This document shows, piece by piece, positions 44,990 to 57,223 of a DNA stretch of 63,378 nucleotides. Under the pieces are notes generated by a model. It had not been told where the DNA came from and searched no databases. It saw only the letters and a program-made list of their open reading frames with translations. Position numbers and translations under genes: made by a program. Numbering within the stretch: the stretch's first letter is position 1; each line of letters begins with the position of its first letter. The DNA is from Chloroflexota bacterium. Its GTDB lineage: Bacteria > Chloroflexota > Chloroflexia > QHBQ01. Location of the stretch: assembly GCA_043754535.1 (NCBI GenBank), contig JAYUUN010000005.1, positions 1-63,378 of the forward strand. Reading direction: 5' to 3'.

Positions 44990-46780
44990 TTGGAACAGCT
45001 ATCTCATCATGAACGCAGCAATGCTCTGGCCCAGATGGCCGCCGAAGGGGTTGATGTGCTGATTATCGGCGGCGGCATCACCGGCGTGTCAGTAGCGATG
45101 GACGCAGCAGCCCGCGGCTACCGCGTCGGCCTGGTCGAGCGGCATGACTTCGCCAGTGGCACCAGCAGCAAGTCTACCAAGCTGGTGCATGGTGGCATCC
45201 GCTATCTACCACAGTTCGATTTCGTCCTCGTGCGCGAAGCCCTCGTCGAGCGCGGCCTGCTCTTTCGCAACGCCCCCTGGATCGTGCGCCCCCTCGCCTT
45301 CATCCTCCCGCTCTACGCCAACGCCAAGAAGCCGCTTGGTGTCCCCTTCACCCTCCCCGGTCGCTTCCTGCTGGATTGGGAGGTGCAGGCTGGCTTGCTG
45401 ATGTACGACCTCTTTAGCGGGCGGCTAGGCATCAAGCACCACCAGCGCATCAGCGTCGCCGCCGCCTTGCAGCGCGCCCCCTCCCTCAAGCGTGAGGGGC
45501 TGAAGCACGCCTTTGTCTACTATGACGGCCAGACCGACGACACCCGCCTGACCACTACCGTCCTCCGTACCGCAGTGCGGCTGGGGTCGTTGGCCGCCAA
45601 CTATGCCGAGGTAACCAGCTTCCAGATCGATGGCGGCCAGATCGCCGCCGCCCACGTCTGCGACAACATCAGTGGCAAGCAGTACACCATCCGCGCCCGC
45701 CACGTCGTCAACGCAGGTGGCGTGTTTGCCGAGAAGATCGAGTCGCTGACGGGCATCCACAGCGACCTCAGCGTGAAGCCAGCCAAAGGCGTTCACCTCG
45801 TCTTTAGCCGTGACAAACTGCCCATCACCGACGAAGCGGTTGTGCTACCCGAAACCGACGACGGTCGTCTGCTCTTTATCGTCCCCTGGGAGGGCCGCGT
45901 TGTGGTCGGCACCACCGACACCGAGGGCGGTGACGTGGAGCGGCCAGAGACCAACGCGGCGGATATTGCCTACTTGCTCGACCACCTGCACCGCTACCTG
46001 AATGTCAACTTGACAGAACATGATATTATCAGCACATACGCAGGCTACCGCCCACTAGTCAGCAGCAAAGACCCGGCCAAGTCCTCCGCCCACCTATCAC
46101 GCAGCCATGCTGTGCTAGACGGCCCCGGTGGGATGGTGACCATTGTCGGTGGCAAGCTGACCACCTGGCGGCGCATGGCCGAGGATACCGTCAACCACGT
46201 GGCCCGGCGCGACGGCAATCCCCCTTCGCAGCTAACCCGCCAGTTGTACCTCGAAGGCACAGTCGGTTGGCCGCGAGTAGAGCGCGAAGTGCAGCGGCGT
46301 GGCACGAAGTTGGGCCTCGACCTCGATATCCTCGAACACCTGGGCCAGAGCTTCGGCGCGAACCTGGAGAGTGTCTTGCAGATTGCGGCGGCTGACCACC
46401 GCCTGGCCCGGCGGATCGTTCCCGATCTGCCCTACATCCTGGCGGAGGTAGTCCAGGCCTGCCGCTACGAGATGGCTATGACCGTAGATGACGTGCTATC
46501 GCGCCGCACCCGCCTGGTGCTAGAAGATCAGCAGCAGGGGGTCGGCGTAGCCCGCGAGATAGCACAGCTGATGGCCCACGAGTTGGGCTGGGACCAAGCC
46601 GAGAGCGAGCGGCAAGTGCGCGCCTACTACAAGATAGTTGGGCGTAACTACAGCGAGGGTGACGGTGCAGACGGTTCGACCACCCCGCAGCAGCAGGCGG
46701 CTCTGCGGCAATCTGGGGCGAGAGAGGAGGATGATTGGAGCAACGCCACTATAGAGATTGGCGATGCAAGTGGCAAGTAG
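44990..46780 (+). CDS. glpD: Glycerol-3-phosphate dehydrogenase/oxidase
   Basis: IIGGGITG, DFASGTSSKSTKLVHGGIRYL, GGKLTTWRRMAED. Confidence 0.95.
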   Translation: MEQLSHHERSNALAQMAAEGVDVLIIGGGITGVSVAMDAAARGYRVGLVERHDFASGTSSKSTKLVHGGIRYLPQFDFVLVREALVERGLLFRNAPWIVRPLAFILPLYANAKKPLGVPFTLPGRFLLDWEVQAGLLMYDLFSGRLGIKHHQRISVAAALQRAPSLKREGLKHAFVYYDGQTDDTRLTTTVLRTAVRLGSLAANYAEVTSFQIDGGQIAAAHVCDNISGKQYTIRARHVVNAGGVFAEKIESLTGIHSDLSVKPAKGVHLVFSRDKLPITDEAVVLPETDDGRLLFIVPWEGRVVVGTTDTEGGDVERPETNAADIAYLLDHLHRYLNVNLTEHDIISTYAGYRPLVSSKDPAKSSAHLSRSHAVLDGPGGMVTIVGGKLTTWRRMAEDTVNHVARRDGNPPSQLTRQLYLEGTVGWPRVEREVQRRGTKLGLDLDILEHLGQSFGANLESVLQIAAADHRLARRIVPDLPYILAEVVQACRYEMAMTVDDVLSRRTRLVLEDQQQGVGVAREIAQLMAHELGWDQAESERQVRAYYKIVGRNYSEGDGADGSTTPQQQAALRQSGAREEDDWSNATIEIGDASGK

Positions 46781-46954
46781 GCAGTAAGGTCTCACAGGTC
46801 AGTGATCGATCACCCGGTTTAGAAAGGATTGAAGCCTGCGTCGCCCCAGCCCACTCAGAGGCGGGCCAGCGGCGGGCAGGCATAAGCGAGGCTGGGGGGA
46901 CAGGGTTGTACCAGATAGCCACCTCCTGACCTCTAAATCATGGGAGGATTTGAC

Positions 46955-47803
46955 GTGAGAAGGAATACACTAGCGGGCGAGTTGGCAGCCGAGTTCCTCG
47001 GCACCCTCGTACTGTTGCTCTTTGGTACAGGCGTAGTTGGTAGCGTCGTGGCCGCTGGGCGTGGCGATGCGAATAGCATCAGCTTCGCCTGGGGCTTTGC
47101 CGTGACGATGGGCGTATACGTCGCTGGTGGTCTCAGCGGCGCACACCTCAACCCCGCCGTCACCGTCGCCCTGGCAGCACGCGGCGACGTACCCTGGGGC
47201 AAGGTTGGTCCCTACATCCTGGCCCAGTTGGTCGGCGCATTCTGTGGCGCGGGCCTCGTCCTGCTCCACTACTCGCAGATCATCGGCGCACGGGTCAACG
47301 GCACTTACCCTGGGGTCAGTGCTAAGGCAACCCTGGACGACATGGGCGGCATCTTCTACACCCGCCCCAATCCGGCAGTTCATGCTGGTGGCGACATCCC
47401 CTGGGCGTTCTTCAGCGAGTTGCTCGGCACCTTCATCCTGATGTTCGTCATCCGCGCAATCACCGACACCCGCAATAGCTCCCCCGTCGGCAATATGGCC
47501 CCGCTGCTGATCGGCTTCCTGGTCGCGGTCATCGGTATGAGCCTCGGCGCAACCACCGGCTATGCGATCAACCCCGCCCGCGACCTCGGCCCGCGCCTGT
47601 TGGCCGCCCTCGGTGGCTGGGGTGCCATCCCCTTCACCGACAACGGTGGCTACTTCTGGATACCGATTGTCGCCCCGATTGTTGGTGCGGTGCTTGGTAT
47701 CTTCGCCTACGACTTCGGCATCCGCCAGTTCTTGATCGACAAGGGTGAGCAGCCGCTCGCTGGCGAGCAGTCGAAGGCCGAAACCGTCCGCGAACGCCGC
47801 TGA
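46955..47803 (+). CDS. glpF: Glycerol uptake facilitator (MIP family)
   Basis: SGAHLNPAVT and INPARDLGPR (two NPA motifs, NPARD aquaglyceroporin signature). Confidence 0.95.
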   Translation: MRRNTLAGELAAEFLGTLVLLLFGTGVVGSVVAAGRGDANSISFAWGFAVTMGVYVAGGLSGAHLNPAVTVALAARGDVPWGKVGPYILAQLVGAFCGAGLVLLHYSQIIGARVNGTYPGVSAKATLDDMGGIFYTRPNPAVHAGGDIPWAFFSELLGTFILMFVIRAITDTRNSSPVGNMAPLLIGFLVAVIGMSLGATTGYAINPARDLGPRLLAALGGWGAIPFTDNGGYFWIPIVAPIVGAVLGIFAYDFGIRQFLIDKGEQPLAGEQSKAETVRERR

Positions 47804-47994
47804 ACCCGCCAACCCCCTCCGCTCGGCAAGCTGGGTGGAGGGGGATCGTAAACCCACCCTCTACATACCTCCGAGCCTGACCTCCGCCAGTGGGCGCAAG
47901 GTCGGGCCTGCTGCACCCAGCGCATCAGGGACACCTTTGTGCGTCGGGCCAGCCGAAGCAACGTAGCTTATTTTCTCAACGAAGGAGAACGCAA

Positions 47995-49509
<1,515 letters not shown>

Positions 49510-49539
49510 GCCACGCCGCTTGCAGTAGCAGCTAGCAGC

Positions 49540-49576
49540 AAGGGGGTGGCGCAGCATAGGCCACCCCCTTCTTCTT
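49540..49576 (+). terminator. Intrinsic terminator of the glp operon
   Basis: AAGGGGGTGGC-GCAGCATAG-GCCACCCCCTT-CTTCTT. Confidence 0.75.
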
Positions 49577-49658
49577 GTCCCCGGAAGCGTCCCAGCACCC
49601 CGTCCACCTCGCTGAAACAAAATCGCCCGCCAGTCCGTCTTAATGCCATACGGACTTC

Positions 49659-50042
49659 ATGGCTAACCACAAAAGGAGCAAGACAGTGCTAACAGGCGAG
49701 CTAGACCACCACGCGCAAGCCGACGACCAACCCCACAGCGAGCAACCAACCCCACTCACCCCAGAGCGCGACAAGCGCAACGAGGAGATCGGCAATCTGG
49801 CTGGTACCAGTGCTGGTTTCCTACTCGGCACGCGGGTCGGCAGCGTGCTGATCCCCATCCCCTTCGCCGGGGCGTTCATCGGCGGGCTGATCGGTGCATC
49901 GTTCGGCAGCGACCTGGGCAAGAGCATCGGCAAAGCGATCCTCAATGGCGTAGACCAGTTCATGCAGGGCGCGACCAGCCCCATGCAGTCTGACCAACCT
50001 GCCATCCCGCCCGCGCCGCAGGCCGAAACCCTGAGTGCCTGA
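49659..50042 (+). CDS. Glycine-zipper membrane protein
   Basis: GxxxG repeats (AGAFIGGLIGASFGS). Confidence 0.65.
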   Translation: MANHKRSKTVLTGELDHHAQADDQPHSEQPTPLTPERDKRNEEIGNLAGTSAGFLLGTRVGSVLIPIPFAGAFIGGLIGASFGSDLGKSIGKAILNGVDQFMQGATSPMQSDQPAIPPAPQAETLSA

Positions 50043-50330
50043 CCAACCTGGGTGTGGGGTTTAGCCACGGAGCGCAACCAACCAGGTTGCGCTCCTCTAT
50101 TTCCCCCTCCCCCCTCAATTTGCGTAAACTTGTGGCAAAATGTTGCATAGTTTGCACTAGTAGCCCCTCAACGGTTATACTAGAGAGTGAGCCATGCGCC
50201 TTAGCAGGTAGTGGTCATAGCACAGGGCGATACCGAGGGCTTGTAGATACAGATTGGTTGTAAGGTTGCCGAGAGAGCTTCTATTAGCCACCTACGCCAT
50301 CAATGTGTGCTATAATCCAGTGAGGGGGTA

Positions 50331-50825
50331 TTGCATTTGCTAGGCTCTATGGGAATAATGGTGAAGAAGCAGCGCGAGGAACTAAAAGAGCTTCACGGCT
50401 CACAATATGACCAGGGTGCCGTAGCCAACCGGGTTGGCCTGTCGCAGAGCGTGCTTTCCGACCTTGAACGAGGCCGCATCGCCTACCTGCCAGAAGCCAG
50501 TACCCTGAATAGTCTTGTAGCCGAGTTGCACCTGAACATGGCGGAGCTACTCCAGGCGGCAGGCTACGACATCTACCCCGACGTGGTAGATCGGGCGATC
50601 ACGCACGGGGTGATCGATAGCGTCAGCCTGCGCGATATCCTGCGCCTGAAGTACAACATCCACGAGTCGCAGATGCACATCGTCGAGGCGGTGATCGGTC
50701 TGCTCGCCAACCAGCAGCAGCGGTTAGGCCAGCAGACCCGCCTGGTCACCCGCAGCAACAAGCCGCCCCTTCCAGAGGAGCGGCTCGTTTTGTGGAGCGC
50801 AGGCGCGGGTTGGCTCTTGGGCTAG
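50331..50825 (+). CDS. XRE-family HTH transcriptional regulator
   Basis: Q..VA.RVGLSQS.LSDLERG; ELLQAAGY. Confidence 0.8.
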   Translation: MHLLGSMGIMVKKQREELKELHGSQYDQGAVANRVGLSQSVLSDLERGRIAYLPEASTLNSLVAELHLNMAELLQAAGYDIYPDVVDRAITHGVIDSVSLRDILRLKYNIHESQMHIVEAVIGLLANQQQRLGQQTRLVTRSNKPPLPEERLVLWSAGAGWLLG

Positions 50826-51604
50826 TGGCTGCTGCGAGCCAGCCGCACGTTACGTAGGTAGCGTACCAGCAGCAGTAGCAGTAGCAGACCTGCCACGATC
50901 ATGATCGGGAACTCTGCGCCAGTTGCCGGTTGCGTCGTCGCCTGCCCACCATTGGTGCTGGGGTTCACCGTCGCAGCCGGGGTTGCCCCACTGACAGCAC
51001 TGGCAATCGGCAAGACGGCACCAGCAACGGTCACGCCCTTCCAATCAGCCAGTTTGTCGCTATCGGTCGTCTTTACCGTCTGGCGGCGGTAGATCAGGAT
51101 GCCAGAGTTCTTGTCTGCCCCCGCGAAGTCCGCCGGGCTGTTGTTCGAGCGGGTAATCGCCAGGCCAGGGTCGAACAGCGGGCCTGCGGTAGCAAAGGCT
51201 GTATAGTTGGCGGCAGTCTTGTCTACTGCCCCCCAGTTGATGCAATCCACCACCACCCCATTGTTGTCCTTGATGCAGAGCAGGTCAGCCTCGCGCTTGA
51301 GGCCGCCCGCCGCCCGCCACTTGGGGAACTGGGCCGACTTCAGTTGCTCGCCCAGGGCATAGTTAGCGACCGTGGTCGAGAAGTTGTCGCAAGTGCGGCT
51401 GGTACAAACCTGCCAGTTGTTGAGGGTCAGAGGGTTGGTCGAGTTGTTGGAAAGCTGAAAATACTGGTCGTCCACCGTCGTCCCCACCTTGACGGTCGCC
51501 AGCAGGATGGTCGTCGAGGCGGCCTGAGCTGGCTGGCTGCTGATCAATAGGCCAGAAAAGAGGGCCAACAGCATCGCCCCCGCAATCACCCGCTTGCTAA
51601 TCAC
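50822..51604 (-). CDS. Secreted lamin-tail-like domain protein with sortase-like anchor
   Basis: Signal peptide; L.N.....L.L.NW, D..G.VVD.I.W; QPATG plus TM plus basic tail. Confidence 0.65.
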   Translation of the reverse strand: MISKRVIAGAMLLALFSGLLISSQPAQAASTTILLATVKVGTTVDDQYFQLSNNSTNPLTLNNWQVCTSRTCDNFSTTVANYALGEQLKSAQFPKWRAAGGLKREADLLCIKDNNGVVVDCINWGAVDKTAANYTAFATAGPLFDPGLAITRSNNSPADFAGADKNSGILIYRRQTVKTTDSDKLADWKGVTVAGAVLPIASAVSGATPAATVNPSTNGGQATTQPATGAEFPIMIVAGLLLLLLLVRYLRNVRLARSSH

Positions 51605-51882
51605 AATCGCGCTCCTTTCGCTCCAGGGGCAAGCACATCGAGTCCGCCCCCTGCGTCCTTATCAACTAAACATAATGTAGCATAAAACATCCTGCCTGTC
51701 AATAGCGCAGCCTCCTTTTTCGCCAACTTCTTCGTCAAAAAGGCAAACTGCCTGCGCTCAGCTGCTCTCTGCTCCTATCCTCCCTTCTCAACCTGGCTGC
51801 TTGCCCCCGCCAGATGTGCTATAATCGTAGGACGGGGTTCCCTGATCGCCCCAGTTCGCAAGCCACAAGGAGGCAACCTGTT

Positions 51883-52326
51883 TTGGCAACCGTACACGCT
51901 AACCTCAACCTGCTACACGACATGGAGTTCACCGCCCACGCCCCCAGCGGTCACAGCCTGACCCTGGATGTTGGCAGCGAGTCTGGCGGCCACGGCATGG
52001 GCCTGGAACCGCTCGACCTCGTGCTGCTCAGTCTGGGCGGCTGCCTGGGCATGAGCGCGCTCTCGATCCTTCGCAAGAAGCGGCAGGAGATCACTCACTA
52101 CGAAATCCGCGTTACCGCCCAGCAGGCCGACAGCCAGCCCCACGTCTACCACGAGATCGAACTCGACCACATCCTGGCTGGGCATGGCCTGGACGAGGCA
52201 GCGGTCGCCCGTTCCTTGCAACTGGCAGAGGAGAAGTACTGCCCCGTCAGTGCCATGCTGCGTGGCTCGGTCAAGATCATCAACAAGTTCCGCATCATCC
52301 CCGACGCGGAACACGAGACCAAGTAG
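51883..52326 (+). CDS. OsmC family protein
   Basis: P.DL.L.SLGGC and EKYCPV; TTG start behind AGGAGG. Confidence 0.88.
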   Translation: MATVHANLNLLHDMEFTAHAPSGHSLTLDVGSESGGHGMGLEPLDLVLLSLGGCLGMSALSILRKKRQEITHYEIRVTAQQADSQPHVYHEIELDHILAGHGLDEAAVARSLQLAEEKYCPVSAMLRGSVKIINKFRIIPDAEHETK

Positions 52327-52380
52327 AAGCAACCTGCTGGCAAGGATGGGCTAGCAGAGTTAAGTTAGTAGAAAGAGAGA

Positions 52381-54807
52381 TTGACGAAGATGAGGACGAA
52401 CGTGTATTTGCGCGGCCTACTACTGGCGGCTGTACTAATCAGCCTGCTGTTCAGCAGCCCCGGCTTTGGCACCAACAATAGCAGCCCCCAACCACGGCTA
52501 GACCCGGCGGCCAAGATCGAGCAGCGGTTGCAGCAAGACCTGGCGGGCGGCAAGTCAGCCAGCTTCATTATCGTGCTGGATGCCCAGGCCGACCTCAGCC
52601 CCGCTTATGCAATGACCAACCAGGACGCACGCGGCTGGTACGTCTACAATACCCTCAAGGCTGAGGCCGCCCGTAGCCAGCCTGCCCTCACGTCGCTGCT
52701 AGCCAGCGAGGGGGTAGCCTATCAGTCGTTCTGGGCCGCCAATGCCATCGTGGTCAACAGTGGCGATGCCGGGTTGGTTAGCCGCCTGGCCGCCCGCAGC
52801 GACGTGCGCCGCCTGGAGGCCAACCGCACCTTCTCTGCGATTGACCCCATCGAGCGCACCCCCCTCAGCAGCGATAGCAGCGACAGCCGCCAGCCCGCCG
52901 CCATCGAGTGGGGCGTGCAGAACGTCAACGCCCCCCAGGTCTGGGCCTTGGGCTACCGTGGGCAGGGCATTGTGATTGCGGGCGAAGACACCGGCATCCG
53001 CTGGACGCACAACACGCTCAAGGCCAAGTATCGTGGCTGGAACGGCACCACTGCCAACCACAACTACAACTGGCACGATGCGATCCACACCGGCGGCGGT
53101 GGCTGCGGCCCCGATAGCCTCGTCCCCTGCGACGACACCGACCACGGTACCCATACTGTCGGTAGCATCGTCGGCGATGATGGTGCAGGCAACCAGATCG
53201 GCGTAGCCCCCGACGCGAAGTGGATCGGCTGCCGCAACATGGACGTGGGCAACGGCAACCCCGCCACCTACACCGAATGCATTCAGTGGATGATTGCCCC
53301 CACCGACCTGGCAGGCAACAACCCCAACCCCACCCTCCGTCCCCACGTGATCAACAATAGCTGGGGCTGCCCGCCCAGCGAAGGTTGCGCCCCCCTCACT
53401 CTGGAGACCATCATCGGCAATGCCCAGGCTAGCGGCATCTTCTTCGAGGCTTCAGCGGGCAATGGTGGCCCCAACTGTGCCACTGTGAGCGACCCGCCCG
53501 CCAACTACGCCGCCAGCTTCAGCACTGGCGCAATCAACATCAACAACGGTCTCGCCAGCTTCAGCAGCCGTGGCCCTGGCATCAGCACCAACCTGCTCAA
53601 GCCCGACCTCTCCGCCCCCGGCGTGAACGTGCGCTCGGCAACCAACAGCAGCGATACTGCCTACATCAATCTCAGCGGCACTAGCATGGCTGGCCCGCAC
53701 GTCGTCGGCGTAGTCGCCCTGCTCTGGTCGGCCCATCCCGAACTGGCCCGCAACATCACCGCCACCAAGAACATCCTGCTCCAGACTGCCAACCCCGTCG
53801 TCGTCCTCAACCCAGTGCAGACCTGTGGCGGCACCAGCAGCAGCCAGATTCCCAACAACAGCTTCGGCTATGGTCGGGTAGACGCACTGGCCGCCGTCAA
53901 CTCCGTTCCCTTCGGCACCCCGACCAGCACCGTGACTGGCACCCCACCGACCGCCACCTCCACTAGCCTACCCGCCACCGCCACCACCACTCGCACGGCG
54001 ACCACCACCCCGACCGCGACTGCCACCAGCACGGTGACCAGCATCGCGACCGCGACCAGCACAGCAGCCAGTGCGACCGCAACCCTGACTGGCACCGCCG
54101 TGGCAACCGCCACCGCGACCCTGACTGGCACCGCCGTGACAACCGCCACCGCAACCCTGACTGGCACCGCCAGCCCGCCGACCGCCACCGCAACCCTGAC
54201 TGGCACCCCCGCGGCAACCGCCACCCCCTGCGCGATCCGCTTCAGCGACGTGCCAACCAGCAACCTGTTCTATGGTGACATCCAGTACCTCGCCTGTCGC
54301 GGCATCGTCAGCGGCGCGAACGGCCTCTTTAGCCCCAACGCCAACGCCAGTCGCGGCCAGTTCGCCAAGATTGCCACCCTCGGTTTCGCTATCCCCGCCT
54401 TCACCCCAACCGTCCAGACCTTCGTGGACGTAGCCCCTGCTAGCATCTTCTATGGCTACATCGAAGCCGCCTTCCACGCTGGGGTCGTCAACGGTCTAAC
54501 CGCCAGTCAGTGCGCGGCCCTCGGCACCCCCGGCACCTGCTACGCGCCCAACGTCAGCATCAGCAGAGCGCAAGTGGCGGTGATCGTCCAGCGGGCCAAG
54601 CAGTACTCCCTCTTTACCCCGACCGTCCAGACCTTCAGCGACGTGCCAGTGGGCAACTTCGCCTACGCCGCGATTGAAACCCTTGCCCACAACAACATCA
54701 TCAACGGCGCAGCCTGCGGCACCAGCCTCTGCTTCCGCCCCAACGACAACATCAAGCGCGGTGAACTGTCGAAGGTCGTGCGCCGGGCCATCGAAACCGC
54801 CCCCTAA
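52381..54807 (+). CDS. Secreted S8 serine peptidase (bacillopeptidase F-like) with T/A-rich linker and SLH-like C-terminus
   Basis: Catalytic triad EDTG / HGTHT / SGTSMA; ATATLTGT repeats; FSDVP repeats. Confidence 0.92.
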   Translation: MTKMRTNVYLRGLLLAAVLISLLFSSPGFGTNNSSPQPRLDPAAKIEQRLQQDLAGGKSASFIIVLDAQADLSPAYAMTNQDARGWYVYNTLKAEAARSQPALTSLLASEGVAYQSFWAANAIVVNSGDAGLVSRLAARSDVRRLEANRTFSAIDPIERTPLSSDSSDSRQPAAIEWGVQNVNAPQVWALGYRGQGIVIAGEDTGIRWTHNTLKAKYRGWNGTTANHNYNWHDAIHTGGGGCGPDSLVPCDDTDHGTHTVGSIVGDDGAGNQIGVAPDAKWIGCRNMDVGNGNPATYTECIQWMIAPTDLAGNNPNPTLRPHVINNSWGCPPSEGCAPLTLETIIGNAQASGIFFEASAGNGGPNCATVSDPPANYAASFSTGAININNGLASFSSRGPGISTNLLKPDLSAPGVNVRSATNSSDTAYINLSGTSMAGPHVVGVVALLWSAHPELARNITATKNILLQTANPVVVLNPVQTCGGTSSSQIPNNSFGYGRVDALAAVNSVPFGTPTSTVTGTPPTATSTSLPATATTTRTATTTPTATATSTVTSIATATSTAASATATLTGTAVATATATLTGTAVTTATATLTGTASPPTATATLTGTPAATATPCAIRFSDVPTSNLFYGDIQYLACRGIVSGANGLFSPNANASRGQFAKIATLGFAIPAFTPTVQTFVDVAPASIFYGYIEAAFHAGVVNGLTASQCAALGTPGTCYAPNVSISRAQVAVIVQRAKQYSLFTPTVQTFSDVPVGNFAYAAIETLAHNNIINGAACGTSLCFRPNDNIKRGELSKVVRRAIETAP

Positions 54808-55909
54808 CACACTTTAGCGCAACAGGAAGGGGCAGGCCCATGTGGTCTGCCCCCTCTCTGTGCCAGATTGTTGCTCCCCCTAACATCGGTCGTACCACCA
54901 GCAGTCCGCGCTCAACCTGCACCATCGGCACGGCAGTACTGACGTTGGCGGTGGCGGCGGCCAGGCAGTCGGCGGCCCAGCCGAAGCGCAGCAGATGCGT
55001 CCCGCTGCTCGTCTCGTTGAAGGCGGTGAGGAAGGTGTCGCGGCCAGGCTGGGCCGGGTTCTCCTGCGGCGCAATGTAGCTGAGGTAGAGGCGCAGCGCG
55101 ATAGTCGCCCCCTCCTCTGCCATCCGCACCTCGCCAGACCCACCACCCTCCCCTGCTCTGCGCGGCCCCGGTTCGCCCCAGCCACTACCCTGCGCCGCAT
55201 TGAAAGGCACAAAAGGGAAGGCAGCCCCCGCATTGCGCTGCATTACCTCGGCACTGGCCTCCCCTACGCTGGTCGGGCGGCTGTCTGCCTCGGCGAAGCG
55301 GGCGTAGTCGGGGTCGTCCTCGCTGAGGTCAGTCAGGGTGGCAGTGCGGGCCTGCGTTGCGCTGGTCAACCCGGCACCCTCGCGCAAGAGGTAGACCAGG
55401 TAGCCGCCCACGATCAGGTCGTCCAACGAGAGGTTGTTGCCGCGCCCCCGCCCGCTGGCAACCACCGTGATGTCGCAGCCGTTGGCCGCCGCATAGGCCA
55501 GGGCTGCCGCCGTGACCGCGCGGGCATTGCGGGTCGAGGCCGCCAGCACCAACGGCGCACCCGCCTCCATCAAGCGGCGCAGGGCTTTGGTGCCGTTCGT
55601 GGTGCAGAAGGCCAGCCGCCGCCCGCGCAAGCTCTCCGCAGGCGCAGCCAACACCTGCGCTGGCGAGTTCGAGTAGTCGAAGCCCTCTGGCGCAAGCCCC
55701 CCCCGCTCGCCCGCCAACAGGCAGTCGCCCATCTGCGCGGCAATCGCCCGCACGTCCTCTGGGTCAACCCCCAGGTAGACTTCGCGCACCCCCTGCTCTA
55801 GGAAAGCGACCAGCGTCGTCGTTGCCCGCAAGATGTCTACTACAAGGCACACCTGCCGCTCTGGGTCGCGCACCAGGTTGGGCAGCACGGCCAGTTCAAT
55901 GTTCATCAT
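54752..55909 (-). CDS. comB: 2-phosphosulfolactate phosphatase family protein
   Basis: VVDILRATT, LLAGERGG, NSP, TTNGT, DD; large internal insertion and extended C-terminus. Confidence 0.8.
   Translation of the reverse strand: MMNIELAVLPNLVRDPERQVCLVVDILRATTTLVAFLEQGVREVYLGVDPEDVRAIAAQMGDCLLAGERGGLAPEGFDYSNSPAQVLAAPAESLRGRRLAFCTTNGTKALRRLMEAGAPLVLAASTRNARAVTAAALAYAAANGCDITVVASGRGRGNNLSLDDLIVGGYLVYLLREGAGLTSATQARTATLTDLSEDDPDYARFAEADSRPTSVGEASAEVMQRNAGAAFPFVPFNAAQGSGWGEPGPRRAGEGGGSGEVRMAEEGATIALRLYLSYIAPQENPAQPGRDTFLTAFNETSSGTHLLRFGWAADCLAAATANVSTAVPMVQVERGLLVVRPMLGGATIWHREGADHMGLPLPVALKCVRGRFRWPGARPSTVHRA
54824..54859. terminator. Bidirectional terminator-like hairpin
   Basis: GGGGCAGGCC-CATGT-GGTCTGCCCC just after the peptidase stop. 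Confidence 0.6.
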
Positions 55910-56006
55910 GTTCCCCCAGCCCGTCGTAGCTACCATTCTACCACAAGCGGGGATTGCTAGCCAGCCCCTACCCGTAGCTGCCCTGGCAGATGCTCCAGAT
56001 CGTCGG

Positions 56007-56035
56007 TTGACAAACCCGCCCCGAATCCGTATAAT
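56007..56035 (+). promoter_or_regulatory. sigma70 promoter of the T-box operon
   Basis: Perfect TTGACA-17 bp-TATAAT. Confidence 0.85.
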
Positions 56036-56041
56036 TAAATC

Positions 56042-56326
56042 AATTGATAAGAAGATCGACTGGCGATGACGGAAAGAGTAGCTGGTTAACGCGTCCCTCA
56101 GAGAGCCTGCGCCCGGTGCGAGCAGGCGGACGACGAGCAGCGAAAATCACTCCTGAGCCGTTGCCCGATGGTAGCCACCGCTACCCCAGGCGCAACCGGA
56201 TGCCCACCGTTATCACGGGCAGGGGTGTATTTGCACCCCACTGAGTGGGTCGTAGCACTGCGGCCAATTAAGGTGGCACCGCGAGAATAATCTCGTCCTT
56301 AACCAACAAGGACGGGATTTTTGTTT
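56042..56326 (+). ncRNA. T-box riboswitch, Ile specifier (AUC)
   Basis: Stem I motifs GCGATGA, AGTA, AGAGA, GGTGCGA; specifier loop GAAAATCAC (ATC at 56146-56148); T-box AATTAAGGTGGCACCGCG at 56266-56283; terminator 56289-56326. Confidence 0.93.
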
Positions 56327-56359
56327 GCCTGCTTTGCAGGTCGGTTAGGAGGAGTGAGG

Positions 56360-57220
56360 ATGCAGGTAGCATATTTGCAGCAGCAACCGCCCCGCCGCTT
56401 GAAGGCTGGTGAAGGGCGGGTAGCCGAGGGCGTGCTGGCCTATTCGCTGACCGGCAGTGGTGGGGCGGTGGAGACCCGCCTGTTCGAGATCGAGGCCCAG
56501 GGGCGGCTGGCTAGCTCTGGCGGCGGCGGCGAACGCCACTACTTCGTGCTGCAAGGGGCAGGCCTGGTCGCCCCCGCCAGCGGCCAACCCACCCAGGAGC
56601 TAAAGAGCGGCGCGCTGCTCTCGCTCGCCGAGGATGAGGGCTTCAGCATCAGCAATCCCGGCGACCACCCGCTCATCCTGCTCTATATTGCCCCCGTCGC
56701 TGCCCCGGCCCTGCCCCCCGCCACCCCCGCTGGTCGCCCCGCAGCCGCCCGCCCTGGCCGTCCCCCTGCCCCAGATGTGGACGCGGGCAGCGGCGAACAA
56801 CCCACCTACCGCCTCGTCTTCAGTGCGCAGGGCGGGCGCAATGGTGGCAATGGCAGCCACGCCCTCTATCGGCCCGCTCCCGACGGCCGCCTTGAGAAGC
56901 CCCAGCTTGCTGCTGAGGAGTATAGCGACGCGACCAGCCAGGCCGACGCAGAGTATTACACCCTGCTAGACGCACTAGACGCACTGGCCGAACTGGTCTA
57001 CGCCACTGGCGGTGACCCCGCCGACTCGCGGGTAGACCTGGTGACCGACAGCAAGCTGATCCTCAACCAACTACGCGACGGCAGCGAACCGAAGACCCCG
57101 CGCCTGACCGAACTGCGCGACCAGGCACTCGACAACCTCGCCAACTTCGCCGCCTTCAATATTACGCTTCAGACCCGCGACAACCTGATCAAGGTACTGG
57201 GCAGCGGCACGGAGGAATAG
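56360..57220 (+). CDS. Cupin-RNase H-like fusion, degenerate active site
   Basis: Cupin (E.HYFVLQG.G...I.N.G..PL); RNase H fold with AEY and TDS, but the first Asp is missing (VFSAQGG). Confidence 0.75.
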   Translation: MQVAYLQQQPPRRLKAGEGRVAEGVLAYSLTGSGGAVETRLFEIEAQGRLASSGGGGERHYFVLQGAGLVAPASGQPTQELKSGALLSLAEDEGFSISNPGDHPLILLYIAPVAAPALPPATPAGRPAAARPGRPPAPDVDAGSGEQPTYRLVFSAQGGRNGGNGSHALYRPAPDGRLEKPQLAAEEYSDATSQADAEYYTLLDALDALAELVYATGGDPADSRVDLVTDSKLILNQLRDGSEPKTPRLTELRDQALDNLANFAAFNITLQTRDNLIKVLGSGTEE

Positions 57221-57223
57221 AGA

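Noticed and set aside
53935..54230. Repeats in the S8 peptidase (also 27850-28130 and 11568-11627)
   Set aside because: In-frame Thr/Ala/Pro or Ala/Glu linker repeats, not DNA-level elements.
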